DNA of 64,000 nt. Source: Bilabrum cf. latius (Eukaryota). Position 1 is the stretch's first letter. Each line of letters starts with the position of its first letter. The stretch is from assembly GCA_965178125.1 (NCBI GenBank), contig OZ237757.1:558001-622000 (forward strand), read 5' to 3'. Below the pieces are notes generated by a model. It was not told the DNA's origin. It was given only the letters and a program-made list of their open reading frames with translations, and did not search any database. The position numbers and the translations under genes are program-made. Positions 22,001 to 35,253 of this stretch are shown here, in pieces.

Positions 22001-25000
22001 TGGCCCGCAATTGATCAAGCCAGGCGGCGCTTGGGCCGCTGCTGTGTGGCTGGCATTGTCGGCAGCTGCACCTGCCTTCCGCGACTTTATCTCTTCTTCT
22101 GCTTCGGCTGCAAGCTTCCCGGCAGCCCTGGATGCAAGAGCCTCCCTCTCCACCGCAGGCCATGGCCGGGTGCTCGACACCTCCCTAGCAGATGTTCGCT
22201 GCCAGTCCTGCGCCAGCAGAAGTAGTCCCCGTGCCTCGCCCACAGGCAGGCCCTCGACTGCGCTCCTAGATTTGGTGCCGCCGTCGCGGCTATTAATCCT
22301 CCGCAGTCCAGTATCTAGGAGCTGCAGTCGTCCCAGCATTGCGGTTGAGACTAATGTCTCCATGCTCACCGCGCACACCGAGTCCAGCCAGGACTCCCAC
22401 GCGCTACCAGGTCCGTCCATTGGCCGCTGCATCCGCAGCCCTGGCCCCACTCCTAGCTTAATCCGGCGGCTGGCTCGCTCGAGGAGGGCCCTGGCAGAGG
22501 CGCTCGCAAGCAGCTGCAGGCATGCATCAACGCCGCCCTCAGCAAGCATCGGAAACGGCACGCAATTGGGATCAAGTACCGCACTGCAGAGCCGACGTAG
22601 TGTGCCATTAAATACATGATCAACACCGCCATGCGAGCTATGTGCAGCGCAAGATCCAACCGCCTTCCGAAGCATCAGGTCGCCCGCTGCGACGTAGTCC
22701 ATACCTCGGACTGCAAGCAGAGTCAAGCTGAAGAACACAGCCGGCATCAGTGCACCAAGGGCCAATGCTTTCGAACCCTGCGATGAAGCGGCAGACTCTA
22801 GCTCTTTGTGGTGCAACAGGACGTGCTTAGTCCGCATGATGGCGAGAGTCAGCCGGCGACATGCGCTGGCAGCTGCGGGCCTGCCGCGCCCCGAGTCGAC
22901 TACCGCCCTTATGCTATCCATTAGCACCTGCAACAACCCAGGTATAGTATCATTGCTGGCATGATGACCGACCGATGGCATGGGTTGCATCTCTGCTCCC
23001 GCTGCCTAGGTGGATCCGCCACGAAGTCCGCCCTCGATCATGCCATCCGCCACCCTGGCCAGCGTATCACCCATCTCACGCATCGATGCTGAGCTCTAGG
23101 GATCGCCTACTAGGAACAACCGCGTGCTTATAAGCCTGCAGCGCTGCGACGCCCGCTAAACGATACTCACAGTGCCACTGCCAAGTCCTCGCACCACACC
23201 CCGGTACCTAGGCGACTGCAGAATGGCATGTGTCAGCTGCAGCTTGCGAGTTTCTTCCAGCAATGACTCCAGCCGCAAAGCACTCCTGCCTCCCCTCGAA
23301 AAGCCGTCAGCCCCCGCATCGTGCAGCAGCGCAAGCACGGCCTCCGTATGCTCTCCTTGCAGCCATCTGGACAAGTACTCCCACCAAGCTGCCACCGATG
23401 CATCCAACTCAGACACGCGCTGTCCCTTGCGCCTGTAGCAAGCCATTGCACTGTCTATGAAGGACTAGTCCGAAAGGAGAGCGCGTGGATCAATGCCAGC
23501 GGTCTCATGGACGGTATCAGCATCATCACTTCCCATCTCCGCATCATCCGCATCCTCGCCCTCTGAGTCGTCAAACTCGCCAAAGATGCCGCCCCCACCC
23601 CCATCCTAGCTGTCCTTCCCAGCTCCATCGTTGCCTGCCGTCTCGGCATCACCCGCATCCTCGCCCTCTGAGTCGTCAAACTCGCCAAAGATGCCGCCCC
23701 CACCCCCATCCTAGCTGTCCTTCCCAGCTCCATCGTTGCCTGCCGTCTCGGCATCACCCGCATCCTCGCCCTCTGAGTCGTCAAACTCGCCAAAGATGCC
23801 GCCCCCACCCCCATCCTAGCTGTCCTTCCCAGCTCCATCGTTGCCTGCCGTCTCGGCATCACCCGCATCCTCGCCCTCTGAGTCGTCAAACTCGCCAAAG
23901 ATGCCGCCCCCACCCCCATCCTAGCTGTCCTTCCCAGCTCCATCGTTGCCTGCCGTCTCGGCATCACCCGCATCCTCGCCCTCTGAGTCGTCAAACTCGC
24001 CAAAGATGCCGCCTTCATCCCTACCCTATCCCACGTTTTCAGGCTATGGAACCGGATCACTGACATGTTGTCCAGATTCCTAAGATCTGATTCGTTTTGC
24101 GCTGGATTTAACTGAGTCTTGAGCTCCAGGGCCGGCAGGCTCAGCAGCAGGGGCCAGGCTTCCCCATTGCCTTCCACCAACCGTCCTGTCCACACCACCT
24201 GCTCTGCTATGCAGCGCCATGCGAGCTACGACCAGTGCCATCATCGGCATGTGCGCAGTTTGAAACAGCGTGCGGACTGCAGTTGAAGGGCTACCACCCA
24301 GTAGGAAGAATCCCGCTGCGTGCACGTGAGAATGCCTGGAGAGCAGCATGTATCCGGTATCCATTGCACTGCGGCGTGCCTCTACCCCGTCCCTGTCCCT
24401 CCTGCCTACCTTGTCCACCAGTCCTGCCATGACTTTCTGGCTGTCAAGCGCGAACAGCCTGCCCAACACCTGCACGCGAGACCCGCCCATGGCGGCATAC
24501 GGCAGCAGGCAGCTCATGGGGTCTTTGCCAGCCTCCTGATATTCGTGCGATGCCACGCTCTCCATAACCTGTGCTAGGTGGTGGTCACTTCTCAGCCACA
24601 GAGGCACCCGCAGCCTCTCGATCATCTGCATGGAGGCACGCCCGTCGAACCCGCTCAGCTGCGCCTGACCCATCCGGGCCAGCCCGAGCTCTTTGAGCAG
24701 AATGTCCTAGCTGTCAGAGAGCAGCGCATTTGCGACCACCGACAGGGGCACGGCCTTAGGTCGATCGGAGCCCGTGAGGCATTTCATGCGATACAGGAAC
24801 ATACGCATGCCGACCAACGCTCGCTAGCCCGAAGAGTCCAGCACAGTTGCCTGCTAAGCGCCCGGTCCGTACACGTCATTCGCCGTGGTGGCCAGGGCAA
24901 GCAGGGCTCGGTTGTCTGCCGCAGCGCTGGGAACAATGGACACGCTGCCGAGAGTACTGCTTAGACGTTCCAGCGTGCCTGCCTTCAGGCTAGCCTGCGT

Positions 25001-28000
25001 CCCTGCCGTGGCTTGATCCTCCTACCCAGCCTAGGCCATGAGGGCGTCTGGCAGCAGGTACTCAGCGAGACCGCTCTGCCTAGACACAGCCCCTGCACCG
25101 CCAGCATGCCGCGCCACCCATCGCTTCCACCCTCTGTGGCCCACCACGGGAGCTTCCTCTGCCGTGTGGCCCTCTACCCCCACGCCATGACCTCGCAGGG
25201 ACAGCACGGACCCAGCCCTCCGCCTGCTGGCCATCAGCTTGGAAGATGGCTTCCCCACGCTCTGCATCCTACCGGCTTCTGATCCATCGCTCCCTTCATC
25301 TAGAAGCTCCAGCCCTCCCTCGCTGCCAGAGCTGTCTCCACCCGCGAGCTTGCGCTCATCGGCCCCAGCACCACTGGCTGGACTTGCCCTTACCCCTGCC
25401 TCCCCGCCATCGTCCCCTTCCTCGGATACGCTGCCCTCGCTGTCTGACACCTCTCTGTTTTCCCCGTCGAGGTCTTTCTCCTCTTCAATTGCCTAGGACC
25501 GCAGAACCGCTAGCCTCCGTCTGAATCGCCTATCCTCCAGTCGCCTTGCTCTCGAGGAGGCGGTGTCTGCCCGTCGTTGCGAGGCATAAAGCGCCTCGTC
25601 CAGGTGCTGCAGAGCTGCCACAACCTGCCCCCTGTCCTTCCTGACAATGGCCCCCTCAAGTGCCAGCCCGCTGCAAGGTGAGACCACGCTGCCTGACAGC
25701 GACATTGACGAGCTGAGCTAGACTCCGCCTGGCAATCGAATGACGATGTCGCTACTTGTGCCAGTGCCCTGCCGTATAGCAGCAGCGGTGCCCGCCAAAC
25801 GTGGCTATTTGCTGAGCGCGCCACTCCAACCGTTGCACGATCCAGTGACAAACACAGGTTGCTGAATGAACGTCCATGGCAACCCATCCATGCTGGCATG
25901 CACCTTGCTGCGCTTCTCATGCGGCAGCACATACGCAGCCAGCTTGGGCGCGAGGAAGATCGACCCCTCAGCCAAGTCCATGCCCCCGCCATCCCTGCGC
26001 AATGCGTTCCTGTACGCCAAAACATAACCAGGAACAAACGAGCCACAGCCTGACACTGCAGTAACTTGAATGCTCGTTTGCCCATGGTGAGCATGGGGCA
26101 GCCGTAGGTGACCCTGAAACAGAGTGTACTTGGACTGCCCCAAGTCTTCTCCAATGGTGGCCTCACCAGCATCAGCTGCCACAACCTTCACGTGCACGCT
26201 GCCATGTGAGTCCACAAAAAATGACCCGAACGTCGCAAGCAAGCCACTAGTGTGCACGACATGCGCAGCTGAAGTCCCCATAGCAAATGGACTATCAAGC
26301 TCGATCTGCTGTATCCTAGTTCGTCCATCGGCCGCGGCACATCGAGGATTGTATCGCACCAGAAATGCTTCCGACGGAGCATCGGCACTGCTGACGCCAA
26401 TTGTCACTGCCACCTATGCAGGCTCCGATTCAATCCTAGGGAACCCAACCGCGGCGTAGACAGTCTGGTTCTGGCGTGCATCAGCCAGCTCGACAGCATC
26501 GGTATGCTCCAAGCTGGCCTGGCCTTGGCACACATCAAGTAGCAACAGCCGAGATGTAAGACGGCCACCACTAGCATATACAGCTGCGATCGCAACTTGG
26601 CACGGACTGGAACCGTCCGAACCCATCTCATCTTGCACTGGCCTCGCAGCCGCAGCTATGGCAAGCACGTGCTCAGGCTAAGGCAAGATTCCGCCGTCCG
26701 CTGCAGGCAAGTTTACTTGGATCCATCGGATACCCTCCGGTATGCTTGCATTGAGCCCGGCTTGAGCATGCAGGTCGACCTCCCTCCCGGCCAGCTGTAC
26801 AGCTGCAGCACTGCCTGTTCTCGTGCACAAGCCGATTCTGACATAGGACGGATCCGTATTCGCAGCGTCTAAGTCCAACACAGAAGTGCCCGCTGCATCG
26901 ACAACACCAGTCACTATCCCTACCGCAGCTGATTCGTGCATCACGTCAAGCACCTACTCGAGCCAGTCGCCTCCACTGCTCACTGACCCCTCCCTGCTTT
27001 GCGAGGCAACGTGAGACGGCGATTCACCTGCGTACGCCGTCGGCACAAGCCTTAGCTTGGGCCAGGGCTACTTTGCCACCCGAATCGACTACCACACGGT
27101 ACCGGAGCGACTGCCGCAAATCGTTGAACGCAGCAGCAGCGCGGTGGGCGGTGCACTCACCGTAGCCATGCGTGCAGGTGCGGCTAGGCTGAGCACTTCG
27201 CGTGGAGCCGCTACTGGCAATCGCCAGATGGGCCGCATGGATGGCAGCTCGCGCGCTGCGGGCCGTGAGCCAGGACTCAATTCTGTGGTATCCGCGGCTG
27301 ACGGTGCCTTGCTGTGCGCATTCATTGTTCCGTGACGAGATCCGCCCTGAAGCCGAGCTAGAACATGGGCTGGAATCCCGCTGGTGTCAGCCCCACCCTG
27401 TCCAGCACCAGCAGATCCTTCGTACCAAGCATTGGTTGAGTCTTGCGCTCCTGCGCCTGCGGTCCCCTCGCTTCTATCCTAAGACAAGCTTCCGTCCTCC
27501 AATGCAATGGCACCTACCTGCAACTTCGTCAGGGCAGTCAGCATGGCAAGTCTCTCGGCACAGCCTTCCGCCCCCATGGCTCCACTTGCAGACCTGCCGC
27601 GAGCAGCTGCATGCACGGCCCCTCCTGGGTGCCTAGGGGGTAGTGCAGGCGGCTGCACGTCCACCCATGAACCGGCTGCATCTTTGGGGCTGCGGGCACC
27701 TGAAATAGCTTTCTCCTCTGCACTAGAACGCCCATCTCGCAGCACAGCCCTCGCCTCGACTGCCTCCTGCTCTTCGTCCCTCGGGGTGATTGTGTCCCCG
27801 CCCAGCACTCGCAGGGCACGGGTCACGGCCGCAGCCGGGCACTCTATGCTGCCAAGCCCGACCGTAACCGCCTTCCCGAGCTGCTCTGCCCCTCCATCTA
27901 TCTCAGATTTCGCACCCAACTTTCCCTCACCCGATGAGCCCTTCCCAACATCCGCCAGCCTGCGGAACCCTCCGAGTGACGGGTCGGCCTGCTCGATCAG

Positions 28001-29725
28001 GGATGGTGGGAAGGACGGTCCCGAGCCCTGCACGGAGGCTATTGAAGGGCACACCAGGTGCAGCTTGCCCAGGGAACAAGAATGAAGGCCCCCTTGCGCC
28101 TGCTGGCTGCCTCCAGCCGCACCGGCCTCCCAGTCGGAATGGCACCGGTGGAGACCTGCCGATACCTGCGGTAACGCACCCTTCTCTAGCATAGCCACTG
28201 CATGGGGCACCACACGAGGCTGCCGCATGGGCACGTCGACCACCCCGCGCACGTGCCACGAAAGCAGCACGCACCTGCCGGGAGTGGAGGGGACCCCGTC
28301 ACCGGAAGGACCGGTCCCGAGACAGGCGAACACGTAGTCACTGTGACGAGTCAGTGCGTGAGGGCTGCCCACCGCAGCTAGCATGCCTGCATCGTCCCGG
28401 TCCACGTGGCCATGCCACGGCACCGGGCATGCAGCCGCACGCGTCTTCCCCTAATCTACTTCTATCGGTTCCTCTCTCTCGTCAATATGGCTGCCCACTC
28501 GGCCCTCCTCATCCTGAGCACCTTCCAAGGCACTGTTCCCGCCCGCATCCGCTCGATCCTCCGCCGTGAATCGCGCCGCCTCTAGCTCGAGGGCCCGTTT
28601 CAGCTGCCAGGGCATCTCGCTGCCTGGACACACGAAGCAGTCCTCACCGCTGGCAGCTGCCACGGAGCGGAAGAATGACCCGTGGTCCCCGCCAGACGGC
28701 GAATCATACCCCCAACCCGCATTGGATGAATCGATCCCACCCGCCCTGCTGGCCCGCTCAATCTCCCCAGCCATCTCGGCCGACTCCATGCTGGGAAGCA
28801 GCTGTCGGTTGAGGCCGCCGCCATGCTGGCTGCTCCAGCCCACTGCGCACGCAATGAGCGGTATAGGCCGACCTGGTGCGGGTGACAGAGCAATTGAATG
28901 CACCCGGCGCATGGCAACCGCTTCCCATGGCTCCGTTTCTCGCCACAGGTCCAACCGAAGCGGGCCATGCAGCGTCCACGCGCCTTGGCCAGCTGCCTGG
29001 CTGGCAGGCCCACTTATGCTAGCGAGAGATGCAGCAGTGTTGCTCCGGCCAAGTCTCAACTTGATGCGCTTCTCACGCGCATTGGCGTGCTGCGGCAGCC
29101 AGGCAAGTGCCAAAACGACTGGACGCTGCGAATCGATAGATTCGCTCGGAGACCGCAAGCACGGCTCAAGCACGCTACTACCAATGACTAGTGGAATTTG
29201 ACGCAAATTTGGGGCCTTTGGTCCCAGTCTACACCAAACACGCAGGCCGACGGATGCTTTACACTCCGTAGCCCAGCAGCTGGTCGCGGTGTATCGCCCA
29301 CAAGCAGACACTTCCAGGAGGGCTTGGCTGCGGCTGGATCCAAAATCGTATACATGACTCGCAAGCGGATGACTGATTTGGCACATTGGCAACGGCTTTC
29401 CCGACAAGTCCACAATAGCCCTCTGGGAGGAATCCTCGAGCGATATCTTGCAGCAGAGCAGCTCCCCACAAGCACGTAGACACCGCAGTACCAGCACAGA
29501 TCCTGTGCTTGTACATACTACGCAAGCGTGGGCTGAGACTATCTCAGTCGCTTGCCTGTCCTGACTCTATGCTAAAGAGTGCCATCCTGACAAGCTGCGA
29601 ACTGTGGACCTTGCGGGGCTACCACGAATCTCCCAAGCCCTAGCCTTCCCGCATGCTGACAACGTGACACAATACTTAGTCACTCTTGGCTGTCCTGAGA
29701 CGATCACACATCCTGCAATTCGCAT
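19097..29725 (-). CDS. DmX-like / Rabconnectin-3A / Rav1-family WD40 protein, ~3,540 aa (start uncertain)
   Basis: Fourteen track ORFs share one frame with only TAG between them. Rav1p_C-like segment: ALLSDS*DILL, LRVPLWLRS, KDPMSCLLPYAAMG, AAGFFLLGGS. C-terminal WD40 repeats: HPQLPVYTTGG, LAATDAGGSVWLW, VATGGLDGSVRLW, LYSCGADG. Stop TGA. Confidence 0.85.
23548..24013 (-). repeat. Perfect 105-bp coding minisatellite, ~4.4 copies, each full unit with an in-frame TAG
   Basis: CAAAGATGCCGCC recurs at 23581, 23686, 23791, 23896 and 24001. In the DmX frame the unit reads GGIFGEFDDSEGEDAGDAETAGNDGAGKDS*DGGG. Confidence 0.95.
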
Positions 29726-29915
29726 TTTGTTGTTGCGTTGTGAGCAGGCGAACAGCAACTGTCGTCACGCACCGCCAACCACGGGCAGGCTCAACGAACC
29801 CGTGGCAACGCACTGGTTTGCGGACAGGCAGCGCAAGCGCGCTTATTACAACCTAAAAGAAACAATCCCGTGAAGGGCACAAACGCCTCGCATGGTCGCA
29901 CGCATCCATCCTGGA

Positions 29916-31334
29916 TCAATCCATCCGGCTCCGGTCTTTCCCTGGAGCAACCCCCGCAGAGGCAGCACCTGCTCGAGCACCCCCCCTCGCCCCTCCTCCT
30001 CCCAGCAGCCTATCAACGGATCGAAGGGCGGCCGCAGCGCTGGGCCTGCTGGATGGCCGCTTCCGCAGCATGGACAGGAGCAGCAGCCGGTATGCCTTGG
30101 AATACCTAGGTGGCCGGTGCGGCTTCTAGGCCCCTGCCCCTGCACCTGCCCCTGCACCCTTGCCTCTGCTCTTCTTTCCCCTTGAGCCGCGCCCCTTTCC
30201 GCCACTGGATGCAGCGCCCGCCCCTGCCCCGCCGGCAGCCGCCCCCCGCTCCACATCCACGTCGTGCACCTCCTCCGCGTCCCGCTCCGCAATCTCAACG
30301 GATATATCGTCCCGGTCCCCGCCGGGGAATGGCACGGTCCCCAGCACCCTCAGGTGACTCACGGCCTGCACCGTGCCCTCACCCTCCTCGTCCAGGGAAC
30401 ACTCGAAGGGGCTGTACCCGTAGGCCATCGCGAACCCCACGCAGCCTGCCGCCCACACGTCCACGGTCTCCGTCACGCCCTCGGGGCGCGGGGGCTCCCA
30501 CAGCTCCGGGGCGCGGTAGGGCATGGAGGTGCGCTGCTCCGCTTCCTCCTTGATCCGAGCAGCGGCGCGGGCCGTGCTGGCTGCCTGCCGGGCGGACCGT
30601 GCCGACCCTAGGTCTGCGAGGATGCACTCGTCATCCCCTGTGCCCGCCAGCATGCAGTTGTGGGTCTTGACGTCCCTGTGCGCAACGGGGGGCGAGTGCC
30701 CGTGCATCGTGGTGAGACCCTGCAGCAGCGATCGGAGCATCGTGAGGCACCGACGCTCCGGGAAGTACGGCCCCGCTGGTCGCAGCGGGTTGATCGCGTC
30801 TTCGATTGTTCCTCCCGCCATGAGCGGCATCAGCATGTCACACCTCTCATGGGGTGTACGATCCAGCTCAAGGGAGCCGCCCGCGCTACCAGCGGGCCTC
30901 TGCTGCTGAGGCGATGGTAGCACAGATATCTCATGGCCCACAAGGCGCAGTATCTGCGGAGACCTGAACGCCAGATGCCACGTTACTTCGTCTCTAGCCT
31001 GCGACTGCGACTCTGTAGTTTGCAACAGCATCCGCTTGAGGGCAAATTCCTGGCCCGTTGCAAGGTCTGTGGCGCGGTAAACCTGTGAAAATCCCCCATC
31101 TGCGAGCTTGTCGCCAATTTCGATGAGCCTATCGCCTATACGCACCTACTCCGCAGTAAATCGGGCAAATCTCCCGACAATTGCGCGTAAACAAGACGAC
31201 AAGCAGTCCTCCTGTCGAGACGCCGGAGCGTGCACCTAGTCGTACTGCTGAGCTCGTCCAGAGCTTCCACTTCTAGCTGCATCCATATCGTCACCTAATA
31301 AATCAATTGCTGCACTCAGATCTCCACTGGCCAT
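29916..31334 (-). CDS. NAK-family Ser/Thr kinase, STK16/Env7-like
   Basis: LADGGFSQVY, FALKRM, HRDVKTHN, LADLGSA (DLG), SMPYRAPELW, DVWAAGC, YGYSPFE. Subdomain XI (YSKAYRLLLLSMLRKRPSSRP) lies after TAG 30126. Stop TGA 29916. Confidence 0.88.
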
Positions 31335-31487
31335 GCAAGCATATCGTACTGTGCATATCGAGGGCGCACGAACTGTCCGCTTGCTCGAGCGAACTCGCGC
31401 CGAACTACGACGAATGCGTGCTCCGTTTCTTCGGAGCACGCATTCGCTCCGCTCCGCAAATCCATTGCCATCGAAGAGCACACCAAG

Positions 31488-34043
31488 ATGATCAGTTTGC
31501 AGAGAGTACAATTGGCTGCCATCAGCAATGTTCGCTGGAGAAACAGCGGGTCCCTACTTGACGATACTCGTGTCCTCAAGTCGACACTTGCTCACTCCAG
31601 GCGAAGTCTAGGTGACTCTGAGCAGCCCCCCGAGAGCAATGCATCGCGTGCGAGCCGATCAATCACCGATAAAATATTTCAAATACTGAATTCTCTCGGT
31701 GTGCCAAGAAGACGGTCCCCAGAGAGGCAGGACTGGGGGGCCGCCCTGCAGGGGCTTGCCAAGGAGCGGCAAGCATTCATCAGCTCGCGGCAGAGGGCTC
31801 GCAAGCAGCTGAACGCCGAGATTGGCTTGATGAAATAGAGCATTGTTGCATCCGGGACTCTGCCAGCGATTTCATCAAACTCGACTGCGGGGCCGGGCCG
31901 TCCATTCGGAAACCAAGGCCAGGACAGTGCCGCCTCCGGTGCCATTCTTCAGTGCCTGGAAGTACTCAGCCCACCAGTCGTAGACAATTTTCTCATCGAT
32001 GCATGCGTGGATGCATACCACGACGTAGTGCCAGACGCATCGGAGCGGCCGTTCTGCCCCGCCGATGCACGCTCCTCTCTGTCGCGACTCGCTCGGCTCA
32101 TCACCCGGGAGCCCGACCCCGGGCCGTAGCCAAGCGCAACATCAGCTGCAGATCCAACCGGCCAGGCATTGCGCACTTCACCAAGTGCCGGGAGGGGACG
32201 TTTGAGCGGGCGCGAGGCCGTGGCATCCCATCGTGGCGTGAGGCACATGCGGAAGGACGTCCTCCAATCGATCCGGAATAGAAACAAGTTGCGCCCCCGG
32301 AAGTGGCCCGGCACGTTCGGCGAGGGTCCCGGACAGACAATGATTCGCCCCGACGACCCGCGGTCCGTGCTGTTCGACAAGCGATTCGGACTCGTGACGC
32401 AAGGGGCGCTGCAGCCAGGTGCCTCCCGGGCGTTCGGGGCCGCCGGCGTGTTCGACCCTGCTGCCACTCAGGCTCTGCGGGAGCGGGCCTCTGTCTCTGG
32501 CACGAGCTCGTCGATCCCTCTGAGGCGGGACGGGGCGGTGCAGCGAGAGGGGCCCTACCTCGAGGGCTACCGCAGGGAACAATTCCTGGAGAGGGGAGGA
32601 GGCGACTTCCTGTCGCAGCCCCCTAAACGAAGCACACCTGGCGCGGTCCATGGCCATGGCGCCGCATTGGGCACAGGCGCTGCGTCTAGTCGCCCAGAGG
32701 GCCCGCCTGGCGACAACCCACCGGTGGACGGAGCTCGGCCGCGATTCAGCCTCGAGACCACCTGGCCCAAGCTCAACGGATACGTGCCTCCGCAACACAG
32801 GCAGCACGCCAAGGTCAGTCGGCTTCAGAGAGCCAAATTCACGCCACTGGGGCGCCCGGGACCAGCCTCTACTAGTAGCAGCCCAAGTGCGGTGCACGAC
32901 CTCAGGCCCAGAGCCATCTCTGCTGCGGCCAGTGCGGCTCCCTCGAGGCCCATGGAAAAGGAAGGTGCGAGATAGACTCGGGCAGACGGAGGAATGAATG
33001 CACGGGAGGGTCAGGCACCGGGGAACACAGCCAAGGAGAGAAGATTCGCAGGGACCCGCCCGCTCACTCCACCAATGGACGCGGTCGAAACTCTAGTGCC
33101 AAACAAGCGGCGCAGTACCCCGGGATAGGACAGCGCCACCAAGTCTCCATCGCTCCACCTCCGCGCGTCTCCCGCAGGCGCTGGTTCGCCGCCCCCCTCC
33201 TTCTCCCTGGCCCGGCTCATGCCACGCAGTGAGACTAGACCCAGGTCATCTCTACAGCTAGCCGAATTGGGTGCCACTGCAAGTGCCAGTGCCAGTGGAA
33301 GCGCCTCCTCCTCAGCCGCGTCGCTTCGAAGCCTATCGCCGCAGCAGTCGATCGCCGAGATTGGTGGGTACCCATGGGCGAGCTAGAGCCAACAGGTCGG
33401 AGAAATGCAAGTGCCAGCCTGGCAGCAGGAGAGGGACACCGCCAAGAAGTAGTTTCAGCAGGTGCTGCATCCTGTGCGACCGCATCATTCGAGGGAGGAG
33501 GCCAGCGAGATGCTTGCATCCCGCGACGATGAGCACTCCAGGTTCTTGGGGCAGCAGCCGAGGCCGGGCAGTCGGAGTCACGCAGTGTGCGGGCCTTTCG
33601 ACACGGACTTGCGCACCGGACAGGTGCCTGGGTCGCCAGTCGCAGTGCGAAGACCAGCTTCAAAACAAGAAGAGTCTATTATTCGTATCTCCCGGTCGGG
33701 GGGGACTCACAGGCTTCGATCGGCCTCAACTAGGCGGAAGAGTTAGCTGGAGCAGACACCGGGGTTCGTGTCTCCAATGCGTAAATCAGGCACCGATCTA
33801 GCAGATAGGAAACCAAGAGGTCGTATTTTTGGCTTAGAGGCGTCGCGGTTTACAGCAAGCAGGCGTGGAAGGTGCGTAGCTGAAGTCGGATTGGATGGTG
33901 AGCCGTGGGCACCCTCAAGGAGACACCACGATCAGAGAGGAGGATACTTTGGCCCAGTCCCAGCAAGACAAAGTGCATCAATACAGTGGATCCGACGAGA
34001 GACTCGAAAGCTGCGTGCAAAGCACCAGTTGGGCATTTCGTAA
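31488..34043 (+). CDS. Hypothetical protein, ~851 aa, Arg/Pro/Ser-rich
   Basis: Track ORFs 31488-31838, 32169-32975, 33462-33746 and 33768-34043 share one frame joined across TAGs only. Stop TAA. No domain recognised. Confidence 0.6.
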
Positions 34044-34146
34044 CCTGGACCGAGCAGGTGCCTTCTGCGGAACCTCGTGCACTCAAAGGGCGCCGCGCCG
34101 GCCGTTTGTCCCCAAACTGTTGCTTTGCCCCAGAATTGGCAGGATT

Positions 34147-35253
34147 ATGCCACGACAAATCCAGTATTAGAATCCAACCTCGTGCTATGACTTTTTGCAC
34201 ACACTGGGAACCGTGATTGCATGGAGTGCCACTCTCCTTGTGGTGGTTGCCCCGCCCACGTTGCTTACGATTTCCGGGCCCGATGGTTCTTCGCAGAAGT
34301 TTGGCATTCAGTCCTTGGCCTGCCCCGCCCTCAGCTCTGGATTGAAGTCTATCCGTGAAAGTCAGTTCAACTACTTGGGAGATTTTCAAATTGAATCTCT
34401 CTGGTGCGAACAGGACCACTTGCAGGTTGCGTCTGTTTTGAAGGCGTCCGGGAGCGATCGACAGTGGATGCTGCTGCAGATTGTAGGGCTTTCCGCCTTG
34501 CTCTCTAGCGTATTCCGGTCCCGATTGGCAACTAGCGTGGTGTTTGCGGTCCTGGGATACCTTCTTTTCGTGTGGCAATCGGAGATGGCGCGCGCGGGAT
34601 TCACCACAGAGCTCACATTTTGGACCTGGCTGCTTCCCGCAATATTCGCACTGGCCGAGGCATGCCGCTTCTCCATTTCAAAGCTGGTGTCCAAGCAGTA
34701 CTGGAGCGAGCTGGGCCCCAGCGGTGGCAGCAGGCAGCCGGACGAGCCCTACCACGAGATCCACTACGCCCGCGACGTGGCGCTCAACACCGCCGTGGGC
34801 TGGCACGGCCTCCCGTCAGACGTGATCACCTTCGCGGCCGAGAAGATCCAGTCTGGGCTGCTCTTCATCCTGGGCCAGCTCGCCATCTTCGTGCTGGTGG
34901 TGGCCAGGGACCCGGTCCCCGCCTACGCTTGGCTGGTGCTGGCGGGCAGCGGCACTGCCCTCTCCCTCTTCAGCCGGGTCATCACCTGCTCCCTGCCCGG
35001 GCTCATGCCGGCCGTGTACCAGATTCTCCTGGTAGCTGCAGCCGGTGCTGTGGTGTTCCTGCCCTCCCTCCGCGACGCGGTGGATGCGGCGCTCCAGGGC
35101 CCGTACTAGGCACAGATTTCGCTGGCGCTGCAGGCGGTGGGCGTGATGGCTGGCCTGCTGTACGTGCTGCGGCTCGTGGGCATCAAGGTTTCCCTTGGAA
35201 GCCTTATCGGGTGCTTCACGGGGAAGTCTGGCAGAAGGGTGAAGAGAAGCTGA
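34147..35253 (+). CDS. Multi-pass membrane protein of unknown function
   Basis: Hydrophobic ORF 34195-35109 extends upstream to ATG 34147 across TAG 34168 and downstream across TAG 35107 through a further hydrophobic helix to TGA 35251. Confidence 0.65.

Noticed and set aside
23548-24013. CRISPR-like array
   Set aside because: Units are identical with no unique spacers, 105 bp is a multiple of 3, and the repeat lies within a eukaryotic CDS.
23455-24198. Track ORFs 23455-24198 (-) and 23485-24063 (+) as genes
   Set aside because: They are alternative frames kept open by the repeat. The DmX frame runs through this region.
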